Positions 49,870-61,800 of a stretch of DNA of 64,000 bases are shown here, piece by piece. The stretch comes from Nemertoderma westbladi. Its lineage: Eukaryota > Animalia > Xenacoelomorpha. The notes beneath the pieces were generated by a model, which worked only from the letters and a program-made list of their open reading frames with translations, did no database searches and was not told where the DNA came from. A program made the position numbers and the translations under genes. The number at the start of each line of letters is the position of its first letter. The first letter of the stretch is position 1. Location: positions 62,001 through 126,000 of the forward strand of contig JAUCBJ010007289.1 of NCBI GenBank assembly GCA_032718475.1, read 5' to 3'.

Positions 49870-52700
49870 TACTAATAGACAGTAAACCAACAAAAAGTCC
49901 CATTACCCGTCTCAATAATAGATGGCAAACCCGCAGAAGTGCCATACCACCCATCTCAATAATATACAGCAGACCCGAAGAAGTCCCATCACACCCATCT
50001 CAATAATAGATGGTAAACTCACAAAATGTCCCATAACCCGTCTCAATAATATACAGCAAACCCGAAGAAGTCCCATAACACCCATCTCAATAATATACGC
50101 CAAACCCGCAGAAGTCCCATCACACCCATCTCAATAATAGATGGTAAACTCCCAAAAAGTCCCATAACCCGTCTCAATAATATACAGCAAACCCGAAGAA
50201 GTCCCATAACACACATCTCAATAATATACGCCAAACCCGCAGAATTCCCATCACACCCATCTCAATAATAGATGGCAAACCCGCAGAAGTCCCATAACAC
50301 CCATCTCAATAATAGACGGCAAACTTGCAGAAGTCCCATAACACCCATCTCAATAATAGACGCCAAACCCGCAGAAGTCCCATAACACCCATCTCAATAA
50401 TAGATGGTAAACCCGCAGAAGTCCCATAACACCCACCTCAATAATAGATGGTAAACCCGCAGAAGTCACATAACACCCATCTCAATAATAGATAGCAAAC
50501 CTGCAAAAGTCCCATAACACCCATCTCAATAATAGATGAGAAACCCGCAGAAGTCCCACAACACCCACTCAATAATAGATGGTAAACCCGCAAAAGTCCC
50601 ATAACACCCATCTCAATAATAGATGACAAACCCGCAGAAGTCCCATAACACCCATCTCAATAATAGACGGCAAACTTGCAGAAGTCCCATAACACCCATC
50701 TCAATAATAGATGGTAAACCCGCAAAAGTCCCATAACACCCATCTCAATAATAGATGACAAACCCGCAGAAGTCCCATAACACCCATCTCAATAATAGAT
50801 GACAAACCCGCAGAAGTCCCATAACACCCATCTCAATAATAGACGGCAAACTTGCAGAAGTCCCATAACACCCATCTCAATAATAGACGCCAAACCCGCT
50901 GAAGTCCCATAAAACCCATCTCAATAATAGATGGTAAACCCGCAGAAGTCCCATAACACCCACCTTAATAATAGATGGTAAACCCGCAGAAGTCACATAA
51001 CACCCATCTCAATATTAGATGGTAAACCTGCAGAAGTCCCATAACTCCCACCTCAATAATAGATGGTAAACCTGCAGAAGTCCCATAACACCCACCTCAA
51101 TAATAGATGGTAAACCCGCAGAAGTCCCATAACACCCATCTCAATAATAGATAGCAAACCTGCAAAAGTCCCATAACACCCATCTCAATAATAGATGACA
51201 AACCCGCAGAAGTCCCACAACACCCACCTCAATAATAGATGGTAAACCTGCAGAAGTCCCATAACACCCACCTCAATAATAGATGGTAAACCCGCAGAAG
51301 TCACATAACACCCACCTCAATAATAGATGGTAAACCCGCAAAAGTCCCATAACACCCATCTCAATAATAGATGACAAACCCGCAGAAGTCCCACAACACC
51401 CACCTCAATAATAGATGGTAAACCCGCAAAAGTCCCATAACACCCATCTCAATAATAGATGACAAACCCGCAGAAGTCCCATAACACCCATCTCAATAAT
51501 AGACGGCAAACTTGCAGAAGTCCCATAACACCCATCTCAATAATAGATGGTAAACCCGCAAAAGTCCCATAACACCCATCTCAATAATAGATGACAAACC
51601 CGCAGAAGTCCCATAACACCCATCTCAATAATAGATGACAAACCCGCAGAAGTCCCATAACACCCATCTCAATAATAGATGGCAAACTTGCAGAAGTCCC
51701 ATAACACCCATCTCAATAATAGACGCCAAACCCGCTGAAGTCCCATAACACCCATCTCAATAATAGATGGTAAACCCGCAGAAGTCCCATAACACCCACC
51801 TTAATAATAGATGGTAAACCCGCAGAAGTCACATAACACCCATCTCAATATTAGATGGTAAACCTGCAGAAGTCCCATAACACCCACCTCAATAATAGAT
51901 GGTAAACCTGCAGAAGTCCCATAACACCCACGTCAATAATAGATGGTAAACCCGCAGAAGTCCCATAACACCCATCTCAATAATAGATAGCAAACCTGCA
52001 AAAGTCCCATAACACCCATCTCAATAATAGATGACAAACCCGCAGAAGTCCCACAACACCCACCTCAATAATAGATGGTAAACCTGCAGAAGTCCCATAA
52101 CACCCACCTCAATAATAGATGGTAAACCCGCAGAAGTCACATAACACCCACCTCAATAATAGATGGTAAACCCGCAAAAGTCCCATAACACCCATCTCAA
52201 TAATAGATGATAAACCCGCAGAAGTCCCACAACACACACCTCAATAATAAATGGTACACCCGCAGAAGTCACATAACCCCCATCTCAATAATAGATAGCA
52301 AACCCGCAGAAGTCCCATAACACTCACCTCAATAATAGATGATAAACCCGCAGAAGTTTCACAACACCCATCTAAATAATAGACGGCAAAACCGCAGAAG
52401 TCCCATAACACCCACCTCAATAATAGATGATAAACCCGCAGAAGTGCCATAACACCCATCTTAATAATAGATTGCAAACCCGCAGAAGTCCCATAACACC
52501 CATTTCAATAATAGACGGCAAACCCGCAGGAGTCCCATAACACCCACCTCAATAATAGATGATAAACCCGCAGAAGTGCCATAACACCCATCTCAATCAT
52601 AGACGGTAAACCCACATAACAGAAGTTCCATAACCTGTCTCAATAATAGACGGTAAACCCGCAGAAGTCCTATAACCCGTCTCAATAATAGACGGTAAAC
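49870..52700. repeat. 44-bp tandem array (about 64 units)
   Basis: Unit CTCAATAATAGATGGTAAACCCGCAGAAGTCCCATAACACCCAT, more diverged at the edges. Confidence 0.97.
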
Positions 52701-53033
52701 AATAATAGACATTAACAAAAATCTACTGAAGTCAAAAACCCAGATCATCAAACATATCAGTCAGCAGACGCCTCAAAAATTGATCTCTTGAACACAACAA
52801 GTAACAATCATTTATAGGAAATCGTATTACTTTTCCACAAGTATCTCCAACAAGTCGTCTTTGATGGTCCTCACCTCAGGTTGGAAAAATCCAAGTTCTC
52901 CTTCGAAGTTTGGATAGCGGCAACCACTTCCAAACTTGTTAGCGAATCAATTCCGCTAACCACCCCACAAAGTTGGGCCAGCGAGACCCTTAAGCAATAT
53001 TGGGAGCACGAGGTTGATTACCAATCAACCTCG

Positions 53034-54720
53034 TGTCACCCCAATAAAAGGGGCGACAAACCCCAAAGGAACACACACAGCGGGGGTCAGAGGTTACACC
53101 TCCGGGAGGGAGAGAGTGACAGCAGCGGGGGGAGGCACTCCCAGAGAGATGGGAGGGTGAGAAGTGAGTTATTAGCCAATGGGGGGAAGGCATCCACTGA
53201 GTAATGTAATACGGCCAACTAGTGCAATATATATTACCAGTCACTGTGTCACTTTATTCACTTAGTTAGTCAGCTCAGTTAGGGCAGGACGGTAACTTCT
53301 ATTACCGTTCGCTGCCGCCATCATTCACTTATACAGTAGCCTATTAATTCAATACTGCAATAACTGTGTCTGTGCTTATCCTATTATATTTATACTGGTA
53401 CAGTGTCAACAATATCAGAACTCTCAATCCGACAATAAACCCTTTTCACTCACACGACGGGGACGCGTAAATAAAAGAACCGGATAAATCGGGATCTTCG
53501 GATCCCGTCACAGTAATAGAATCCAACAGCCCGAACTGACTGCAAGCCACCGATCCACCGATAAGACTAAAGATGAGTAAAGAGGGAGAGACGACACTGC
53601 CGCGGACCCCGGACGGCGACCTAACGATCCGCGAGGCCGCGACGAGATGGTATCGACCCACGAGGCCGGATTCGTCGACGAGAGACGGTCTGGCGGCCCA
53701 GGCGGAGGGTGGCCGTCTACCACAGTGAGGGAGAGACAAGTCGAGAGTAGGGAGAGACGAGTCGACACACGGCGGCGGTCGACGTAACGATGTCGCCGGC
53801 CAGCCACAGGCCGAGGGCGACGGACGGCCCACCGGAACGGCGACGGTGGGGCCGCCGGTACGACGCCGAACACGGAGAGAAAGAGGGGACGTCGGGGTCA
53901 GCGACTGGTTCCGACGGGCCTACAATGCGACCCGAAAGCAACTGAGAGAAGCCAAAGGAGGGGCCAAGATATACCAGGTGAAGTTTGAGAAGCGGCTAGG
54001 TGAGTCGAATAAACATTTTGATTACTTAGCGCGTTTTGGGCAGGGAGAACTAGCCGATGAGAGAGCGAGAGGGGTTGCCAGCGAACTGTTTGAACTATGA
54101 GAATGTAGGGGTATGGAGCCTGGTGTAGTGTACATAGGGCCATACTTGGTCGATGCCCGGGGAATAAAATTAGTGGGTTGGAGGGGACCGCAGGAGGGCG
54201 AATCCGAGGTTAACCCCGAGGATTCGGTCTCGTCGGTCGGAGAAAGTTCTGGGAGGTGGGGGAAAGTTAGTAGGACGGGAAGGCGGAGGGAGTCCGTCGT
54301 AACCGATAAGTCTGCTACATCCTCCGCAAAAGAAAGATGGGTGCGAGAAATAGATCTGGCATGCCAACTCGATCTGGCGGCGCTAGACCAGAGAGAGTTA
54401 GAGAGACAGCTAGAGGAAGGGAGTGCGTTGCTAGAGAAGGAAAAAGAGCTGGTTAGAGAGAACAGAGAGAGGGCCGAGAAAGTCGCGAGAAGCTTTAGGG
54501 AGTGCGAGGAAATAGGGAGGATGGAAAGGAAGGAGCAAGAAGAGCGCGAGGCGGCGAGTGAGAGTGAACGTAAGGAGCGCGAGGTGAGGGCGGAGAGTGA
54601 ACGTAAGGAGCGCGAGGTGAGAGCGGATAATGAGCGAAGAGAGTGCGAGGCAAGACGACTTAAGAGGGTTGCGAGAGAGGCGGAATTAGCTGATCAGAGT
54701 GCGCGGGAGGATCTGGAGAG
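53034..54720 (+). mobile_element. Putative LTR (53034-53512) plus degenerate gag-like region
   Basis: TGTCAC...GTCACA with CCAAT, TATA-like and AATAAA motifs; ATG at 53573; VNPEDSVSSVG plus E/R coiled coil as in BEL/Gypsy gag N-termini. No canonical PBS or second LTR seen. Confidence 0.45.
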
Positions 54721-57700
54721 TGTAAAAGCTTTTGCGTAATTAACCGGTTATTTTCCCGTAAAGTACTCTGTAGTTGGTTTACCAGGCATAAAAGGGCCGT
54801 GTCCTTACTGTACTGGTGTTTTAGAGGACATAAAAGTCATTTCTTCTGTATTTGTACTTTAGAGGACATAATCCGCAATCTCATGACGCAATAAGCTAGA
54901 TCCTCTTGAAAACAGTGTCGCTACCATGACGACGGCTAACAGCTGATATTGCCACGTCGACATTTCTTTGTTTCTTTGTTCTCTCGTTGTTCGGTCGACC
55001 AATCAGAGCGTTTTTTGACTCTGTGTTGGAGTTGGATACAGAAACTCAGTAGTTCAGTGTTATGTTTTGCCCAGAGCCTAAGAACATCGGCTTTTGGCAC
55101 CTCCGTGTTTCAGTCTTTAGCTTAACATTAGTAGGCTTAATTATAGAACGTATATTTGTTATCTATCCATAAATTATTAATCTTACGAGTTACCGAGTTA
55201 ACTCACTCACTTAATAATCATTTATACCTTAACTTTACTGCTTTTGCTGTCGGTTATTCATTATATTTGTTGATGAAATATTATATCGGAATACTGATCA
55301 ATAGTCAGACATCCCAATCTTCTTGATATACTAAAGGTTAGAGAGACCAGTTACAGATAAACGATTGCGACCTATGTTAAGTGGTTTGGAGTGAATCTAA
55401 TGCTATTTCATAGGCCCGACATAAATTATATGTTGCTCTCTTTATACGTGACTAAATTTAGTGAAGGTCGGCAGATTAGTGTGCAGTATTGTGCAGCATT
55501 GTGTATGATTGTAACTGATAACAAAGCATCTCCTAAAGAATGCGCCATATACATGAATCTATAGCCTTTTCGTTGTGTCTAGTTTAAGTCATAACTCTGT
55601 TTACATATTTAGAGCGCCACGTCCTAAAGGAACTGTTAATATTTCCCGAAAGTGAATAATATTTGTCAGAGATTATATATTACAATCAGTCGAATAATAC
55701 AGTAGGCTTGCACCATCAATCATTAAGCTTCCGAATTCAGTCTCCCGGGTATATCCAGCGGGTGAATGATTGCGCATAGACTGGCTTCGGCTAATGTAGT
55801 GTATCAAATACTCGTCATAGGCTAAAGACTATATATCATCTAAAAGACATCCTAATTTGGCAGGTTAAACTGTCATAGGTCTTAAAAGCGCAAACAATAA
55901 CAGATATTGCTTCTGGATTGCGGCGTAAGCAATCAAGTCTAAAGTACCGGTACCAGTCGAACGGTAACCTGTACTGCTGTAACCAGTAGGCCTGACTGCC
56001 TGATCATCCGAACCGGTACTTACAGTACAGGTACAGCAGTATTATTCGATTTGATTATTATATACCGGTAGGTCTTAATAATTAATCGGGGACGCCTGGT
56101 TTTTATTGGGATTTTACTTAGGCCTATTTCTGTCAGTTTTATTTATTTGTAAGCCAGTATTGAGCAGAAGGCGTGTAAGCCTGCTCAGATTGTACAGATA
56201 ATTTGTAGGCTTGACTGTTGTCTAACTGTTGTTAAGTCTGAACGGATTGCAGTGTGTGTAGAGCATCTGTCCGATGAAGTGCTAGTTAGGAAAGTAGGGG
56301 CTTAAAGTGCTGTGAGGTAAACCCCCTGTGAAAGAATAAGTCGTACTACTGGGTTAGAACGCATACTAACTAATCATTTCGGAGTCTGCATATACCGTAG
56401 TTTGTTTAGGCTTGATAGTAGTCTGTCAGTATTTGGTCTGCATTTTGTTTGAATAGTCTGTACGCGTAGCGTAATATTTATTACTCAGAGTTTATGCGAT
56501 TATTCGCAACATTCATATCCCCAAGTTTATTCCTACAGTAATTGTGTTTGTTATACATACCGTTATAGTTAAACTAACCCCGGTACTACATCAGGGCTGC
56601 TCGGCGTAGGTAAAGACTGGAGATTTTATGCTTTGGTCACTCCGGCAGATACCGTGGTTCTTTTAGCTGTTCAAGTATTTTTAACTACTGATTATTTGTT
56701 GTACAAGTACTTGTACCTAATTTAGGGTTTAGTGTACAGTACTTTCCGAAGGTGATTAGTGTGTAGGCAGTATATTTGTGTTGTAAAGTGGTTAATAGGC
56801 ACGTTGGTTCTGGTAGACCGCGGTAATTAACTTCTGGGTAGGAACACTCCGTGATACATAACGTAGTACCTATAGCGATATGGTTATAGGTCGTCAGACG
56901 GTGGTATTTTTCCTATCTGGACAGCGCAGTATATTTACTACTACTTATTATTTTCAAATACCGTAGTAACCTGTCCGTTGTAATAACCAGATATTCTAAC
57001 CCTTTGTTAGGCTGGTTAGTAGACTTCTTGTAAAATTACCCTAAAAATTCGTATTTGTGTATTTGTAATTAAATTTTTGTGTTTATTTAGAGATTGTAAT
57101 CTCAACCAGAATTGTACGTAATTTGTAGTATTAAGTAACTTAGGTAAATTAGAATTATTTGTTTTAGTGTCTAACAAGTAGCACTCCACTGAGAGCGCAC
57201 AGCTTATGTGTAGTGACTCCCCCAGAAATAATAACATTTATTTCAAACATTGACAAAACCCATTAAACGGGTATATATATATTATAAATCAACTCAAACG
57301 ATTTATAAATAGTAGGCCTGCCATATAACAATTAGGTCTCAATATCAGTTGGACTACTGCTTAAATAACGGCGATAAAGTAAGTTAAAGTAACCAAGTAG
57401 CCCTTAAAATTCAGAAATTCAATTATTCTAAAATAATTGATATACCGGTATTTACAATAGGCTTATTATTTTTATTTTATAAATATAGGCTGAAATCATA
57501 CCGGTATTCTGTAATTAATTCTAGTTAATAATTATACTTATATATACTATAAGTGTAAACTGCATACTGGTATCCACGATAGGCCTATTATATATTTATA
57601 TATATTTGTGCTAAAATTATATACCGGTATTCTGTGAAAAACCTAGTCTGTAATAATACTTATATATACCATAAGCATACCGGTATTCTAATATTATATA

Positions 57701-58774
57701 TATATCACGCTACTCTGAGTAGCAGTATCGGTAATTAATTACTAGGCTAGCAGTTAATGCTGAATTACTAGACTTGCTTAGACTGTACTATAGCAGTAGG
57801 CATTCAACTGTGCAAACAAACATGTCTGATACTAAGCAGAACCTGTCAGACAGTTTATTAGATGTAACTATCTGCGACTCAGATAAGGGTGTAGAACCGT
57901 CTACACCTAAGTTCAGTTCACCTCCCACTGTGAGGAAGGTCATCCCTCCAGTAGTAATAACAGAACCGAGGCTGGTCCAACATCGTAGGTCTATCATAGG
58001 CACTCGAGCTCAGGTCAAGCGGGACCAAGAAGCAGCGGAACAGCAACAACCCGCGAGCCAAGAACTTATTTCTCAGCGGCCCGACAGCTCCAGTAGTGAG
58101 GATACTGTAGAGCTGACACCCGAGCGCGGAGCAAGGATGACGGATGCGGTTTATTCGGATCCCCTTCTCATCCTTCCTGCAGCCGTACTCACTAGGTTAT
58201 TGATTGCGGTGGAAGAACACCAGATCGATTGGGCGAGAAGTAAGCGATCAACTAAAGATAGTTATGAGGGATACACAAGGGAAGAACTGAAGTCTATGGT
58301 CGTGTCGCAATGGAACTTCCCCGGACCCGGACTCCCGTTTGATTTATCAGAAGCTGCCTGGGAAGACATACACCGGATGGGAGTAGCCAAGGAAACCATC
58401 GATCCAGCTGTGTGGAAGAGGTCCGCAGCCGGATACGCACAGGGATTCTTCAGCTCTATGGAGCGAGTAAAAGAACAACTGTTTCAACAACCTCAAGGAC
58501 CTCAAGAGCAGGGACAACTGCTTTATCAAGTTAGAGAAAGAATTCTGCGAATTAGGCTAATCTTATCGGCCTTTGAGGAGGCTTCTAAAAGAAGACAAGA
58601 CACATCGTTGCAAATTGCCGTAAAGACTTGGTTTCAACGGGTGAGTCTCCAAGTTCAAGGAACGGCTCAGTGGAAAGCTCAGCTGGAGGAGCGCTCAACC
58701 CATGGAGAATCAACAGACGCTACTTTTTCCCAAGTGGAAAGTGAAGCGACGGCAGAGAACCCGCATAAGAGGGA
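54721..58774 (+). mobile_element. Second putative LTR element: LTR-like 54721-55605, long leader, ORF
   Basis: TGTAAA...TTTACA inverted ends; the start coincides with abrupt truncation of the upstream coiled-coil ORF. No PBS recognised. Confidence 0.4.
57822..58774 (+). CDS. Unknown protein, possibly gag-like; 3' end cut by adapter
   Basis: About 318 open codons from ATG 57822 with higher GC than the leader. The listed C-terminus VLCVDTTALSSGINAEY is adapter translation. Confidence 0.5.
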
Positions 58775-58827
58775 AGTACTCTGCGTTGATACCACTGCTT
58801 TAAGCAGTGGTATCAACGCAGAGTACT
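58775..58827. other. Library adapter dimer (SMART/ISPCR; PacBio ultra-low-input amplification adapter) - artefact
   Basis: AGTACTCTGCGTTGATACCACTGCTT + T + AAGCAGTGGTATCAACGCAGAGTACT, an exact inverted pair. Confidence 0.98.
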
Positions 58828-61800
58828 AACAACAACAATATAAATAAAGAGGTCAACAACAACAATATAAATAAAGAGATATGTCAACAACAACAATATA
58901 AATAAAGAGATATGTCAACAACAACAATATAAATAAAGAGTGTCAACAACAACAATATAAATAAAGAGATATGTCAACAACAACAATATAAATAAAGAGG
59001 TCAACAACAACAATATAAATAAAGAGGTCAACAACAACAATATAAATAAAGAGATATGTCAACAACAACAATATAAATAAAGAGGTGAACAACAACAATA
59101 TAAATAAAGAGATATGTCAACAACAACAATATAAATAAAGAGATATGTCAACAACAACAATATAAATAAAGAGATATGTCAACAACAACAATATAAATAA
59201 AGAGGTCAACAACAACAATATAAATAAAGAGGTGAACAACAACAATATAAATAAAGAGATATGTCAACAACAACAATATAAATAAAGAGATATGTCAACA
59301 ACAACAATATAAATAAAGAGATATGTCAACAACAACAATATAAATAAAGAGGTCAACAACAACAATATAAATAAAGAGGTCAACAACAACAATATAAATA
59401 AAGAGATATGTCAACAACAACAATATAAATAAAGAGATATGTCAACAACAACAATATAAATAAAGAGGTGAACAACAACAATATAAATAAAGAGATATGT
59501 CAACAACAACAATATAAATAAAGAGATATGTCAACAACAACAATATAAATAAAGAGATATGTCAACAACAACAATATAAATAAAGAGTATGTCAACAACA
59601 ACAATATAAATAAAGAGATATGTCAACAACAACAATATAAATAAAGAGGTCAACAACAACAATATAAATAAAGAGGTCAACAACAACAATATAAATAAAG
59701 AGATATGTCAACAACAACAATATAAATAAAGAGGTCAACAACAACAATATAAATAAAGAGGTCAACAACAACAATATAAATAAAGAGATATGTCAACAAC
59801 AACAATATAAATAAAGAGTATGTCAACAACAACAATATAAATAAAGAGGTCAACAACAACAATATAAATAAAGAGATATGTCAACAACAACAATATAAAT
59901 AAAGAGTATGTCAACAACAACAATATAAATAAAGAGATATGTCAACAACAACAATATAAATAAAGAGGTCAACAACAACAATATAAATAAAGAGGTCAAC
60001 AACAACAATATAAATAAAGAGATATGTCAACAACAACAATATAAATAAAGAGGTCAACAACAACAATATAAATAAAGAGGTGAACAACAACAATATAAAT
60101 AAAGAGATATGTCAACAACAACAATATAAATAAAGAGTATGTCAACAACAACAATATAAATAAAGAGATATGTCAACAACAACAATATAAATAAAGAGTA
60201 TGTCAACAACAACAATATAAATAAAGAGATATGTCAACAACAACAATATAAATAAAGAGATATGTCAACAACAACAATATAAATAAAGAGGTCAACAACA
60301 ACAATATAAATAAAGAGATATGTCAACAACAACAATATAAATAAAGAGATATGTCAACAACAACAATATAAATAAAGAGGTGTAACAACAACAATATAAA
60401 TAAAGAGATATGTCAACAACAACAATATAAATAAAGAGTATGTCAACAACAACAATATAAATAAAGAGGTGAACAACAACAATATAAATAAAGAGATATG
60501 TCAACAACAACAATATAAATAAAGAGGTCAACAACAACAATATAAATAAAGAGGTCAACAACAACAATATAAATAAAGAGATATGTCAACAACAACAATA
60601 TAAATAAAGAGGTCAACAACAACAATATAAATAAAGAGTATGTCAACAACAACAATATAAATAAAGAGATATGTCAACAACAACAATATAAATAAAGAGG
60701 TCAACAACAACAATATAAATAAAGAGATATGTCAACAACAACAATATAAATAAAGAGGTCAACAACAACAATATAAATAAAGAGGTCAACAACAACAATA
60801 TAAATAAAGAGATATGTCAACAACAACAATATAAATAAAGAGGTCAACAACAACAATATAAATAAAGAGGTCAACAACAACAATATAAATAAAGAGATAT
60901 GTCAACAACAACAATATAAATAAAGAGATATGTCAACAACAACAATATAAATAAAGAGATATGTCAACAACAACAATATAAATAAAGAGGTCAACAACAA
61001 CAATATAAATAAAGAGGTCAACAACAACAATATAAATAAAGAGATATGTCAACAACAACAATATAAATAAAGAGGTCAACAACAACAATATAAATAAAGA
61101 GGTGAACAACAACAATATAAATAAAGAGATATGTCAACAACAACAATATAAATAAAGAGTATGTCAACAACAACAATATAAATAAAGAGATATGTCAACA
61201 ACAACAATATAAATAAAGAGTATGTCAACAACAACAATATAAATAAAGAGATATGTCAACAACAACAATATAAATAAAGAGGTCAACAACAACAATATAA
61301 ATAAAGAGGTCAACAACAACAATATAAATAAAGAGATATGTCAACAACAACAATATAAATAAAGAGGTCAACAACAACAATATAAATAAAGAGGTCAACA
61401 ACAACAATATAAATAAAGAGATATGTCAACAACAACAATATAAATAAAGAGTTATGTCAACAACAACAATATAAATAAAGAGGTGAACAACAACAATATA
61501 AATAAAGAGATATGTCAACAACAACAATATAAATAAAGAGGTCAACAACAACAATATAAATAAAGAGGTCAACAACAACAATATAAATAAAGAGATATGT
61601 CAACAACAACAATATAAATAAAGAGGTCAACAACAACAATATAAATAAAGAGGTCAACAACAACAATATAAATAAAGAGATATGTCAACAACAACAATAT
61701 AAATAAAGAGGTGAACAACAACAATATAAATAAAGAGATATGTCAACAACAACAATATAAATAAAGAGGTCAACAACAACAATATAAATAAAGAGGTCAA

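Noticed and set aside
49912-52477. Repeated IIEMGVMGLLRV ORFs
   Set aside because: Translations of a 44-bp unit that is not a multiple of 3.
58775-58827. Biological 26-bp inverted repeat or element terminus
   Set aside because: Exact match to a commercial library adapter.
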